A stretch of DNA of 64,000 nt from Candidatus Pelearchaeum maunauluense. Its GTDB lineage: Archaea; Thermoproteota; Nitrososphaeria_A; Caldarchaeales; Caldarchaeaceae. Shown in pieces: positions 20,259 through 29,523 of this stretch. The number at the start of each line of letters is the position of its first letter. The first letter of the stretch is position 1. The DNA lies in contig JANVYQ010000002.1 of NCBI GenBank assembly GCA_030059675.1, positions 175,184 through 239,183 of the forward strand, in the 5' to 3' direction. The notes beneath the pieces are model-generated. The model searched no databases, was not told the origin of the DNA, and saw nothing but the letters and a program-made list of their open reading frames with translations. Made by a program: the position numbers and the translations under genes.

Positions 20259-20349
20259 TTCACTTAAGTTCCGACTTGAGTGGACTTAAAGTTATTCTTG
20301 GTTATAGTTAAGTGTGGACGCGCATAAGCCGACATTGTCGCTTCGCTTC

Positions 20350-21326
20350 TCTGGGTGAGGACTACCAAGATTTCTTTTGCCACGATTTTATCCTGGGCCT
20401 GTTATCGCTTATCCCGCCTGTCTTAGTAGAGGTATTGCATACTCTAGGGCTAGTTTGAGGGTTTCCTTCCTAGATTTCGTTATGGTCTTCTTCGCGTGGT
20501 TCTTGTCTACGTATTCTTCTCCTGTTAGGAGTAGGTGCCATATGGCTGTGAGTAACTTCCTTGCCGTGGCAACTATCGCTATCTTGTGTCCTCTTCTCCC
20601 TCTCATTCTTAGGTAGAATTGTCTGATCTGACTGTTTCTCGCCTTGATGGCTACCGTTGCACATTGGACCGTTATCCTTCTGATCCATTTGTTTCTTCTC
20701 TTTGTGATGTGTCCAGACCTTGCTTTTTCCCGACTGATTGGTATGTTAATGGTGCTAATCCTGACCATGAGGCTACCTGCTTATCGTTCTTGAAGCGTTT
20801 CGGGTCTCCTATCTCCGCTATCACTACTGATGCTGAGACCTCCCCTAATCCAGGCACCTTGCACAATCTCTCAACGTCTTTCTCGTTTATGGTCTCCGCT
20901 ATTTTCGAGTTGAGCTGCCTGATCTACTCCTCAAGCCTGTTCACGTTTTCCAGGCACGTCTTCAGCTCTATTATGTCTGCCTCTCCTAGAACTCCTAGGA
21001 TTGATGCCTTCACTTCTTCATCTTCAGCCTTTTGGAACCGTACTTCTCTATCACCTCGTCTATGTCTTCTCCTTCATCAGCACGCGTGCGCGCGCTTCCT
21101 CCGTCTTGACTGTTGTTACGAGTAGGTCTCTGTACACGTCCATTCCGAATACGCGTTCCATTTCAAGTTCACCCCTATTTACGGTTTGGAGGGCGCCCTC
21201 TCATTTAGACATCTTGCCACTCAGGCTCTGCGGCCTATTCATCCTTGAGCGTCGGGCGCGCTACTCGTTGCTTCTGGAGCTTCTACAAGGTCACCTACCG
21301 ATGGAATGGTCAATAACATGAATAGG
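20350..21326 (-). mobile_element. Degenerate IS110-family element (transposase ATG at 21161; internal deletion, stops, frameshifts); ends approximate
   Basis: N-terminal RVFGMDVYRD. C-terminal VPGLGEVSASVVIAEIGDPKRF, ASWSGLAP, YQSVG and KIAIVATARKLLTAIWHLL. Confidence 0.88.
21165..21326 (-). ncRNA. Candidate IS110 bridge RNA (upstream non-coding end)
   Basis: ~160-nt non-coding region with several complementary segments. Internal ATGAATAGG is complementary to CCTATTCAT at the putative element end. Confidence 0.45.
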
Positions 21327-22356
21327 AGGGATGCTTTGATTAAGTTACGAATTATCTCTCTCCCACGTTTGATTTGGACCGCTTCCAATCAGATCGTGCA
21401 CGCTAAAACTTCCTACGCTTGCACATCACCATCCTCTCACGCGTTCTCACCAATCTGACTTCGTTATTGCTGCATGTATCTTCCCTCTTAGGGAGCTATG
21501 CTTGAAATAAGCCCTGTATTCCCGCAAGACCGAACGTCCTGAGCGACATCAACCTCACAAAAAGATATAAAACACGACTGGGGATGTAAAATATGTGAGA
21601 TAGATGGCTTACAAAAAAACGAAAAGAACGCAAATAAGGAAGTATTCGCTCGCTGCACTGATAGAATCCCGAAGCACCTGGAAGATTATCCATAATTGTT
21701 ATACTCGCGACCCTGAAGTATTAGATAGGCTTGACGTCCAAACACGAAGCAGCCTACTGGGCACTGCGGTGCATCTCAGCGAATATAGCTACTAACAGCT
21801 CTTGGATATAATAAGGTATCGTGCCAACGAAGCTCTTTACCTTGGAGTACTTGCTGAAGAGACACTGGAGTTTTTAGCCGATGTATCTGCTGAGCGGGGA
21901 GACGCTAGGTATGCTATAGACCTACTCTGGCGCTCAGGAAAATTCGCCGAAGCCGACAATTCTGAGAAAATAACTCCAGAACATGTTCGGCGAGCTATCG
22001 CTAGTGTATATCCAACCATAAGACGAGAGAATCTTTCATATCTATCTCGTGATGAAGCGCTTATTCTACTTGCATGCGCAAAAACGCTAAGTAGCAATAG
22101 AGCATATACAACGTCAGCCGAGATTTTTGACATATACAAACTGGTATGCGAAGAGAAGGGGGTTGTCCCAAAGGGGTACACGTGGTTCTGGGAAACTCTA
22201 CAAAAGCTTCAGTACTTAGGTTTTCTAAGTATAAGAGTTAGAAGCGAGGGCTCACGTGGGGGGAAGGAAATCTCATATCTCCCTGCCTGGAATACCTGCC
22301 CCCCTACTAGAAGCTGAGCTCTCTAAAGCCATTAACACGAGCAACAAACCTTAGAG

Positions 22357-23592
22357 CTACTTCTTACTTGACTTCAAGCCGCTTGCTAAATAGCTGACCT
22401 CACTCTTATCAAAGTCGAAGAACTTTGCTATACCCCGTGCTTTAGCTCCATTATGAGAGAAGATAAACGATATGAATGGTAGGATTTCGCGCCATGCTTT
22501 GCTAGTAGAAAGATGACACCTGGCCGCTATTTTCGCAGCGATACGTTCGCGCATCTCCCTCTCGTTGCGTGTGTTGCTCATGAATCGTATCTTGGACGGG
22601 AAACTGAACTTGGCAAATTTGGTTGGAGCTTTATGCCTGGCCGCTGCCATGCCAGTAGTTATAAGAGGGGTGACGTACTTCATCAACCCCCATCGCTGAA
22701 GCCGTGCTGTACGTTGAAGATGCATATCTGCACGGGCAAGCCGCTCTAAGGCTTCCGCCAATGCATCTATATCAGGTATCTGCTCTGGAGCATTATCAAA
22801 CACCCATTGATAAAAAGACTGCAAATCCATGTTAAGTCCTTCCAACGCTAGTCGTCCATCGCGTATGCTCTTGGCGTTGAACGCCGCGGCAAGTGCGGAG
22901 AATATCTCACGGTCACGTAATCTATATCCTAAAGCATTCAATGTTTCGCGGCTTACGGCTCCTGTGGCCGCGATAGCTTGTAGGTCGTTTATAGCTGAGC
23001 GTAGATCTCCATTACTCCTATCTGCTATCTCTTTTAGTACTTCGTCAGAACATTTAAGACCTTCCGCAGTACATATCTTTTTCAAATGACTGACTATCGT
23101 AGCTTTATGTATCCTCTTAAACTCTATCAGCTGAGCCTTTTCGCGAAGTCCAGCTAACCGCTGGTCCCATGGATTATTAGCTACTAAAACTATCGGCACG
23201 CGTGTGTTGGTTATCACTTTGGATAATGCGGATACTCCTCCAACATCCTCTTTCCCCGCCAATCCATCAACCTCATCCACTAGTATTATTCGTTTCCTCA
23301 GCCCAGTGATTGTTGCTTGCTGTGAGGCTAGGCCTACAATTTGCTCGACTTTTTCAGCTGTTCTGAAGTCGCTTGCATTAACCTCAACCACGTCTAGGCC
23401 GTTCTCATTTGCATACGCCAAAACAAGCGAGGTTTTTCCAACTCCGGCGGGGCCGTAAAGAAGTGCAGCTTTCTTAGATGGTTTGCCAGCACTCCACTGT
23501 TTAGCCCAAGCTAGGAAAGACTCTATAGCCTCCTTATTCCCAACGACCTCGGATACTCGTTTCGGTCTGTATTTTTCCGTCCAGGGAATCAT
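22357..23592 (-). CDS. rfcL: Replication factor C large subunit
   Basis: WTEKYRP, GPAGVGKT, VNASDFR and GDLRSAINDLQ. Confidence 0.95.
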   Translation of the reverse strand: MIPWTEKYRPKRVSEVVGNKEAIESFLAWAKQWSAGKPSKKAALLYGPAGVGKTSLVLAYANENGLDVVEVNASDFRTAEKVEQIVGLASQQATITGLRKRIILVDEVDGLAGKEDVGGVSALSKVITNTRVPIVLVANNPWDQRLAGLREKAQLIEFKRIHKATIVSHLKKICTAEGLKCSDEVLKEIADRSNGDLRSAINDLQAIAATGAVSRETLNALGYRLRDREIFSALAAAFNAKSIRDGRLALEGLNMDLQSFYQWVFDNAPEQIPDIDALAEALERLARADMHLQRTARLQRWGLMKYVTPLITTGMAAARHKAPTKFAKFSFPSKIRFMSNTRNEREMRERIAAKIAARCHLSTSKAWREILPFISFIFSHNGAKARGIAKFFDFDKSEVSYLASGLKSSKK

Positions 23593-24578
23593 CTCGTTTT
23601 CCGCATCTTCTTAGCCAGCTTAGATACCAGAGCTAATATCTGTATCTCTGGTGTTCCGCCTTCAGCTATCCTGAAGTCGGCCTCACCTAATGCGTCAAGT
23701 ATCTCAACCTTATCTTCTTCCGATATGTCAAGTTGGCCGATTTCACGGTATATTGCTGTGAGGAGGTCGCTTGGCGCAACACCTTGTAAGTATAGAAGCT
23801 CGCGAAGCAAGTCGCGTGCTTCGCTTATCTTGCCTGACAGCCCCAGCTCAAGCAACCGCCTAACCTCCCCACGGCTAACATAGCCTATTACCTGATAAAC
23901 CGTCTTCTCATCCACATCACGTGATATTGAGACCGCTGCTTGGAGTATGTTTATTGACTTCCGCATATCCCCCTCTGAAAAGTCGTAAATCGCCTCCAAA
24001 GCGGCTGATGAAATGTTAAGCCCCTCGTTTTTAGCGATTTTACCCAAATGCTCTATTACCTTATCTCTGGGAAGAGGCCTGAATCTAAGTACTGCGCATC
24101 TTGACTGTATGGGCTCTATAATCCTATTGCTATAGTTAGCCACTAGGATAAACCTGCATGTGGCCGAGAATTGCTCCATCGTTCTTCTAAAAGCATGCTG
24201 AGCGTCGTCTGTCAGCTGGTCGCTCTCATCCAGTAGTAGAATTCTAAACCCTATAGGGCCGAATGGAACTGAGCGTGCATACATTTTCACCTTCTCTCTG
24301 ATTGTCTGGATTCCGCGTTCGTCTGATGCGTTAATCTCAACGAAGAGCCCCTCGGTTAGGTAGTTAGGACCGTATAACTCGCGGGCGAATGCGTGGGCTG
24401 AAGCAGTTTTCCCAGTACCTGGTGGGCCTGCGAAGAGCATATGTGGAACCTGCCTTGTTTGGAGGATATTCTTCAAAGCTCTTACGACTTCTTCCTGGTC
24501 AACCATCTCATCAAGCGTCTTGGGTCTATATTTCTCTATCCAGGGAAGCTCGCCCACGAGCCGTTCTTCAACTGCCAT
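23589..24578 (-). CDS. rfcS: Replication factor C small subunit
   Basis: WIEKYRP, GPPGTGKT, NASDERG and SRC. Confidence 0.96.
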   Translation of the reverse strand: MAVEERLVGELPWIEKYRPKTLDEMVDQEEVVRALKNILQTRQVPHMLFAGPPGTGKTASAHAFARELYGPNYLTEGLFVEINASDERGIQTIREKVKMYARSVPFGPIGFRILLLDESDQLTDDAQHAFRRTMEQFSATCRFILVANYSNRIIEPIQSRCAVLRFRPLPRDKVIEHLGKIAKNEGLNISSAALEAIYDFSEGDMRKSINILQAAVSISRDVDEKTVYQVIGYVSRGEVRRLLELGLSGKISEARDLLRELLYLQGVAPSDLLTAIYREIGQLDISEEDKVEILDALGEADFRIAEGGTPEIQILALVSKLAKKMRKTR

Positions 24579-24619
24579 GGATTATCACCAAATATTCAGT
24601 CCTGCCTGCATAAAGGTAT

Positions 24620-25354
24620 TCATATATGTAGCAGAGTCTTCGTCTGATCTGTGAGCTTCTCCAAGACATACTCCAGCGATATGCCCTTGAGTCTAGCTAT
24701 CCATTCAGCGGACACACGTATGTTCTTGGGATGATTTACTTCTCCACGTTCTGGCGCCAGTACTGGGGCATCGCTCTCAAGTAATAGATTCTCAAGCGGT
24801 AACCGTTTAACTAGTTTTTGCTTCTGTTCAGACCTAGCTATAGAGGGAGGTATTGAGAAGAAGTACCCCTTAGCTGCTCCTCTCTCTGCATGTGAGGGCT
24901 TTCCATCAAAAGCGTGCATAATTACCTGCTCTGCCTCATGCTCTATCAACATATCAATAGCATACTTCCCAGCGCTCCGCGAGTGTATTATCAGTGGGAT
25001 ATCAATCTCCTTGCTGAGGTTTATAAACTCGGCAAAGACAATACGCTGAAGCTCACGGTCTTCACGCTTTCCGAAATAATAATCAAGACCAACCTCACCT
25101 ATTAACACTACCTTATCCTTATTTCTCCTTATAAGCTCGATGACTTGCTCATAGCCTTCTAGCTCATAAGGCTCTATACCTAACGATGGATAAACATACT
25201 GGCAGTCTGATATCGAGAGAACGCGACGGCAATCATCTGGCCCTATGCCTGAAGTGATTATAGCATCAACCCCCGCTTCGCGCGACTCCCTTAAAACCGC
25301 ATCCGGCCTGCTTGCTAGAGGCTCCTCAGTAAGATGGCAGTGAACGTCTATCAT
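24620..25354 (-). CDS. tatD: TatD-family hydrolase/DNase
   Basis: DVHCH, GEVGLD, IHSR, MHAF and ESDAP. Confidence 0.9.
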   Translation of the reverse strand: MIDVHCHLTEEPLASRPDAVLRESREAGVDAIITSGIGPDDCRRVLSISDCQYVYPSLGIEPYELEGYEQVIELIRRNKDKVVLIGEVGLDYYFGKREDRELQRIVFAEFINLSKEIDIPLIIHSRSAGKYAIDMLIEHEAEQVIMHAFDGKPSHAERGAAKGYFFSIPPSIARSEQKQKLVKRLPLENLLLESDAPVLAPERGEVNHPKNIRVSAEWIARLKGISLEYVLEKLTDQTKTLLHI

Positions 25355-25411
25355 ATCCGCCTTTCCTGGTAGTTGGTGAATTATTTAGGTTATACAAAAA
25401 TAGTGTTTCAG

Positions 25412-25759
25412 ATGCAATATGCTTGGCGACCGTGGTTGGATGATGCTGCGCTATCCTGTGTTTGTGGCTCTAAGATAGACTCGGCCGACGACCTAAAGAA
25501 AGTCGAGGAAAACGAGGGGGAGATTGTTTTCAGATGTCGTAATAATAGTGCATGTAGGCTTGAGGAGGTATGTAGAATACGACCAGCCGAGGGGGATTTT
25601 GAAGTTTTATACTCACCTATGTTTAGTGATTGGAATCTACTACACCTTGGCCGTGAGCGGCTTCTTAGCGAGTTGAGGCGTCTTGCCTATAAAATCGTTA
25701 AGGAAACGATTAGGGAGGGAAATGTTTTAAGGATACGTGTAAAGATAATGGGGAGATGA
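25412..25759 (+). CDS. Hypothetical Cys-rich (putative Zn-binding) protein
   Basis: CVCG...CRNNSAC. The ATG at 25412 follows a TTATTTA box. Confidence 0.6.
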   Translation: MQYAWRPWLDDAALSCVCGSKIDSADDLKKVEENEGEIVFRCRNNSACRLEEVCRIRPAEGDFEVLYSPMFSDWNLLHLGRERLLSELRRLAYKIVKETIREGNVLRIRVKIMGR

Positions 25760-25765
25760 TGGGAA

Positions 25766-26422
25766 ATGCCGTATGAGTATAAAGGTGTTAAGATAAGTTG
25801 GCTTGGGCATGACTCATTTAGAATAACCGATACAAAAATAATCTACATAGACCCCTACACCATTAAAGGTGGCGCAACGGCGGACATCGTGCTAATAACG
25901 CATGACCATTTTGACCATCTAAGCATAGAAGATATCAACAAGATAGCTGGTGCGAATACCTTGGTGGTGGCTAGTGAGCCATGCTCCAATAAGCTTGGAA
26001 GGGTTAAGGCGCGGGATGTGCGTATTGTTAAGCCAGGCGATAAGCTGGTAGCTGATGATGTGGAGATAGAAGCTGTCAGGGCGTATAACGTGAATAAATT
26101 TAGAGAGCCTGGCGTGGTCTTCCACCCCCGCGAGGCTGGGGGAGTGGGTTATATAATCACGGTGAAGGGTGTTAGAATATACCATGCGGGAGACAGCGAC
26201 CTCATACCTGAGATGAGAGGGCTCAAGCCAGATATTGCGCTACTACCCGTAAGCGGTACATACGTCATGACCGCTGAAGAAGCCGCGAGGGCTGCTGAGG
26301 AGCTTGAAACAAAAATTGCCATACCCATGCATTATGGCGCTATAGTTGGCAGTAAAAAGGATGCGGAAACCTTCAAAAACTTGGCTAAATGTGAAGTAGT
26401 AATACTTGAGAAGGAGGAATAG
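25766..26422 (+). CDS. MBL-fold metallo-hydrolase (UPF0173-like)
   Basis: WLGHDSF, THDHFDH, YHAGDS and IPMHYG. Confidence 0.9.
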   Translation: MPYEYKGVKISWLGHDSFRITDTKIIYIDPYTIKGGATADIVLITHDHFDHLSIEDINKIAGANTLVVASEPCSNKLGRVKARDVRIVKPGDKLVADDVEIEAVRAYNVNKFREPGVVFHPREAGGVGYIITVKGVRIYHAGDSDLIPEMRGLKPDIALLPVSGTYVMTAEEAARAAEELETKIAIPMHYGAIVGSKKDAETFKNLAKCEVVILEKEE

Positions 26423-26430
26423 TCTGAGAC

Positions 26431-26886
26431 ATGCAGCAGAAGGTCTGCCAACATGACTTTACATACCATGGAGCGCTTAACTTCTTTAAGAATAAAGAAC
26501 TGATTGCTGTTGTTGATTCCTGGAGATGTAGGAGATGTGGCGTTCTACGACTTGGGAGGAGAGGTCCAGAGGTCTTACTATCCTCTGAGGGTATGTATCC
26601 AGATATAGAGCCTGGAAAAGAATGGGTTGTTTTTCTCTGCCTAGCTGGAGAAGAGCCAATAATAGAGGTTTATCAGATGAGTCCTGGTGATGAAATACCA
26701 CATACTTGCGACACCTATCCACGTGAGTCGGTTTTGGTCTTAGATGAAGATTTCAGCCTACGATTAGGTAAGGGCGGTGGTAAGCCGAGCAAGCATTTTG
26801 CATACAAGTTTTCTAGAATAGTCAAGGGTTATATAGAGATGGGAAGCACGCCTCCAGAAGTCGTAACACTGACGCGCGGAGAATAG
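26431..26886 (+). CDS. Hypothetical protein with CxH/CxxC motifs
   Basis: CQHDF...WRCRRCG...HTC, with operonic spacing. Confidence 0.6.
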   Translation: MQQKVCQHDFTYHGALNFFKNKELIAVVDSWRCRRCGVLRLGRRGPEVLLSSEGMYPDIEPGKEWVVFLCLAGEEPIIEVYQMSPGDEIPHTCDTYPRESVLVLDEDFSLRLGKGGGKPSKHFAYKFSRIVKGYIEMGSTPPEVVTLTRGE

Positions 26887-26896
26887 AGATAATGCA

Positions 26897-27301
26897 TTAT
26901 TCTTGTTCTGGAATGCGTGAATAATGCTCATGAATTATCCGCCACTCCCCATTCTCACGCGCAAGGACGACGGTGCAGCGTGATGTTATAGATAGTGGCC
27001 TACCCTCAAATGTATATCCATAAACATATACCCCACCATATTTTAAAAGAAAAGTTACTACAGCAACATCGCCTAGGACTTTAACCTCTATGTCGCTCAT
27101 TTGATATGTAAAATCCACAAGCTCGCTGTAAAGGCTGCCTTTCAGTTTTACGGCTTCATCTCGCTCTTGGATTCTATATGGTGGTAGGTCACTGAAGCGT
27201 GTGTAATGCGTGCTGTGAAGCTTCCTAAAGGTCTCTATATCCCCCTCTTTACCCGCTTCAAACACCCGCCTAACCACACCCAATATTTCTTCAGCGCTCA
27301 T
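26897..27301 (-). CDS. SnoaL/NTF2-like (DUF4440) protein
   Basis: GDVAVV and RCTVVLARENGEWRIIHEHYS. Confidence 0.8.
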   Translation of the reverse strand: MSAEEILGVVRRVFEAGKEGDIETFRKLHSTHYTRFSDLPPYRIQERDEAVKLKGSLYSELVDFTYQMSDIEVKVLGDVAVVTFLLKYGGVYVYGYTFEGRPLSITSRCTVVLARENGEWRIIHEHYSRIPEQE

Positions 27302-27572
27302 CTTTAGCACCTGCCATAACAAGGTCTCCAGCAATTATCTTTAGTTGAAGCTCAACCTCAAGATTAAGTAGTTGTTCTTCATTAAATCCTGATGAAGATA
27401 AAATACGTGAAGACTCTTCTGAAAGTTTCACATTAACATTAGGCCCTCCCACGCTTTGAAAGAGAAGTCCATCAAACTCTATTGATGAACTTCCTACTCG
27501 TGCCCTCCCCTTAAAGAATGTGAGAGGGCCGTCTGTCTCTCTCCAATATATTTCTATATCGCTAACCTCCAT
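27291..27572 (-). CDS. Hypothetical protein
   Basis: 93-aa ORF overlapping the next gene, with an AT-rich promoter region upstream. Confidence 0.6.
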   Translation of the reverse strand: MEVSDIEIYWRETDGPLTFFKGRARVGSSSIEFDGLLFQSVGGPNVNVKLSEESSRILSSSGFNEEQLLNLEVELQLKIIAGDLVMAGAKDER

Positions 27573-27665
27573 GCTATTGTGTTGGCGTGTGAGTCATACT
27601 AAAAAGTATTGAGCTTCAACAACGCTTATGAATGACCACGATACAAACTTGCGAGGTTCTAAGAC

Positions 27666-27890
27666 ATGAGCTATCTTATACCCGAATTAGCCAGCCTACT
27701 AAAGATAAGACGCATAGCATGGATAATTCGCGTATTCATTATAGTAATATTATATGTGTTGGTTGCATTCTTGGCATGGGCTATCCTCAGCAGGTTCATA
27801 GATAGCTTTATCACTGTTCCATTAGCTCTGTTTTCGTCGGCCATGCTCTATATCATAATAAAGATTTTAGTGAAAAGAGAAATTATTTGA
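27666..27890 (+). CDS. Small membrane protein (2 TM)
   Basis: Two hydrophobic helices. Confidence 0.55.
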   Translation: MSYLIPELASLLKIRRIAWIIRVFIIVILYVLVAFLAWAILSRFIDSFITVPLALFSSAMLYIIIKILVKREII

Positions 27891-28305
27891 GTTCATTTGT
27901 TAAGGCTTCAATAAGCTCTCTTATAGCGTCGCGTTTAGGATGTTTGGCAGTGGCCATCCTAAGCCACGAAGTAAGATGATTTCTCACACGCTCAAGGAAT
28001 CCTCTCACATCTTTTTGAATACCCTTAAGAGCCTGCGCGGGTACTGCCTCCAGCTTTATAGACGCTATCGAGGTCTGCATAAATGGTCCGAACTCGTCGC
28101 GTGAGACTTTTACGGCAAGAACTCTACCATTCTCAAGCATGTATGTTATCCCAGCTAGGCTGGAGAATTCAATACCCCACTCAATACCTGGCGGCGAGAA
28201 AGGTAGAAGCGCTGTGAGCATTCTAATAATATTTTCCTCGCTGGGCTCGTTGAGTGCTTTCCTATATGCAGATAAAAGCTCCTCTATCTCCTTACTAACT
28301 ACCAT
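27883..28305 (-). CDS. Hypothetical protein
   Basis: 140-aa ORF 2 nt downstream of the aminotransferase. Confidence 0.65.
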   Translation of the reverse strand: MVVSKEIEELLSAYRKALNEPSEENIIRMLTALLPFSPPGIEWGIEFSSLAGITYMLENGRVLAVKVSRDEFGPFMQTSIASIKLEAVPAQALKGIQKDVRGFLERVRNHLTSWLRMATAKHPKRDAIRELIEALTNELK

Positions 28306-28307
28306 AA

Positions 28308-29477
28308 CTAACCCACATCCAAGCCCTGCTTTAAGCCCTCCGCAATAACATCAACAAGTCTATCTATATCACTACGGTTGTTATAGAAATGAGCAGAAAC
28401 TCTAACGAGTCCTGGTCTGGCAGATACAATAATGCCCCGCTTCTGCAAGAGTTCGCCTAAGGCGCGTGGTCTGGAATGCCTGAAAGCTACTGTTCCAGAA
28501 AGACGCTTAGAGACATCTATAATATCTAAGCCAAGGTCGTTGAGATGTTCTTCACAATATAAAGCGAGTTCTCTAATATGGTTATGCTTTGCGTGTTGGT
28601 CAAAGGATAGGTGGTAGTTTAGAGATTCGCGCATGCCAACTACGCTAAGACTTGACCAGCTTCCCAGCTCTAGTCGTGAAGCATCAGGGGCGGGCTGTGG
28701 TGTCCTTATGTCAAACTCCTCATCAAAGAGCGGTACACCGTCTAGCATTCGGCGTATAACAGAATCGCTCACACCCATCCAGCCCATATAGGCAGGCTCC
28801 ATCTCTCCCAGCAACTCTTCGGAGATGTAGATAAACGCAATACCTGGAGGTCCGTTAAGCCATTTGTAGCTACCGCAAAACACCGCATCAAGCCCTAGTT
28901 TCTTAACATCCAGCGGTATTACGCCAGCGGCGTGGAATACGTCAGAAACCATAAGAGCACCATGTCTATGCGCCACCTCAGCTAGTCTTCTCAAGTCGTG
29001 AGTATAGCCTGTGAGCCATGAAACATAGTCTATGGAAACTATACGCGTTGAGTCGTCAATTAGGGATTCTATAGAATCTTCGCGGTCTTCAGCTATCCTA
29101 ACCTCGCTGATTATTCCACGCCGCCGCGCAGCCTGCCATATGTGGATTCCAGTCGGGAAGTTATGAGCTGACACAACCACATTATCGCCACGCTTAAGAC
29201 CTAGGCTATAAGCAAACACGGCCAATGCTGTTGAAACGTTAGGTGCCGTTGCCACTTCCTCAAACTTCGCACCTACAAGACACGCGAATAGCTTTCTACA
29301 CTCCACAACAGATTCAAGAACATAATCCCAGTTCTCCCCCTCTTCAAAATATTCACTCAGAAATCTTCCTATAGCCTGCGCCGTTCTTCGTGGAAGAAGA
29401 CCTGTAGAGGCGCTGTCCAGATAAGCATATTTCTTAAGAGGTGGGAAGTCGTTGCGTGTAGCTTCCGCAATACTCAT
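28308..29477 (-). CDS. Class V PLP-dependent aminotransferase / cysteine desulfurase-like
   Basis: YLDSASTG, YKWLNGPPG and RVSAHFYN. Confidence 0.85.
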   Translation of the reverse strand: MSIAEATRNDFPPLKKYAYLDSASTGLLPRRTAQAIGRFLSEYFEEGENWDYVLESVVECRKLFACLVGAKFEEVATAPNVSTALAVFAYSLGLKRGDNVVVSAHNFPTGIHIWQAARRRGIISEVRIAEDREDSIESLIDDSTRIVSIDYVSWLTGYTHDLRRLAEVAHRHGALMVSDVFHAAGVIPLDVKKLGLDAVFCGSYKWLNGPPGIAFIYISEELLGEMEPAYMGWMGVSDSVIRRMLDGVPLFDEEFDIRTPQPAPDASRLELGSWSSLSVVGMRESLNYHLSFDQHAKHNHIRELALYCEEHLNDLGLDIIDVSKRLSGTVAFRHSRPRALGELLQKRGIIVSARPGLVRVSAHFYNNRSDIDRLVDVIAEGLKQGLDVG

Positions 29478-29523
29478 GGCCAGTTACTACAAAAATAGTA
29501 AATAATAGAGTTTATGATTAGGG

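Larger units (their letters stand above)
19004..22354 (+). pseudogene. cdc6: Orc1/Cdc6 replication initiator, split and inactivated
   Basis: 5' part (19004-~19489): LSPEYVPSKLPHRE, TGA at 19094, GSVGTGKT, HINC, LDEVE. 3' part (~21665-22354): DRLD..RSSL, TAA at 21793, GDARYAIDLL, and a WH domain frameshifted at the G-run near 22260. Confidence 0.9.
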
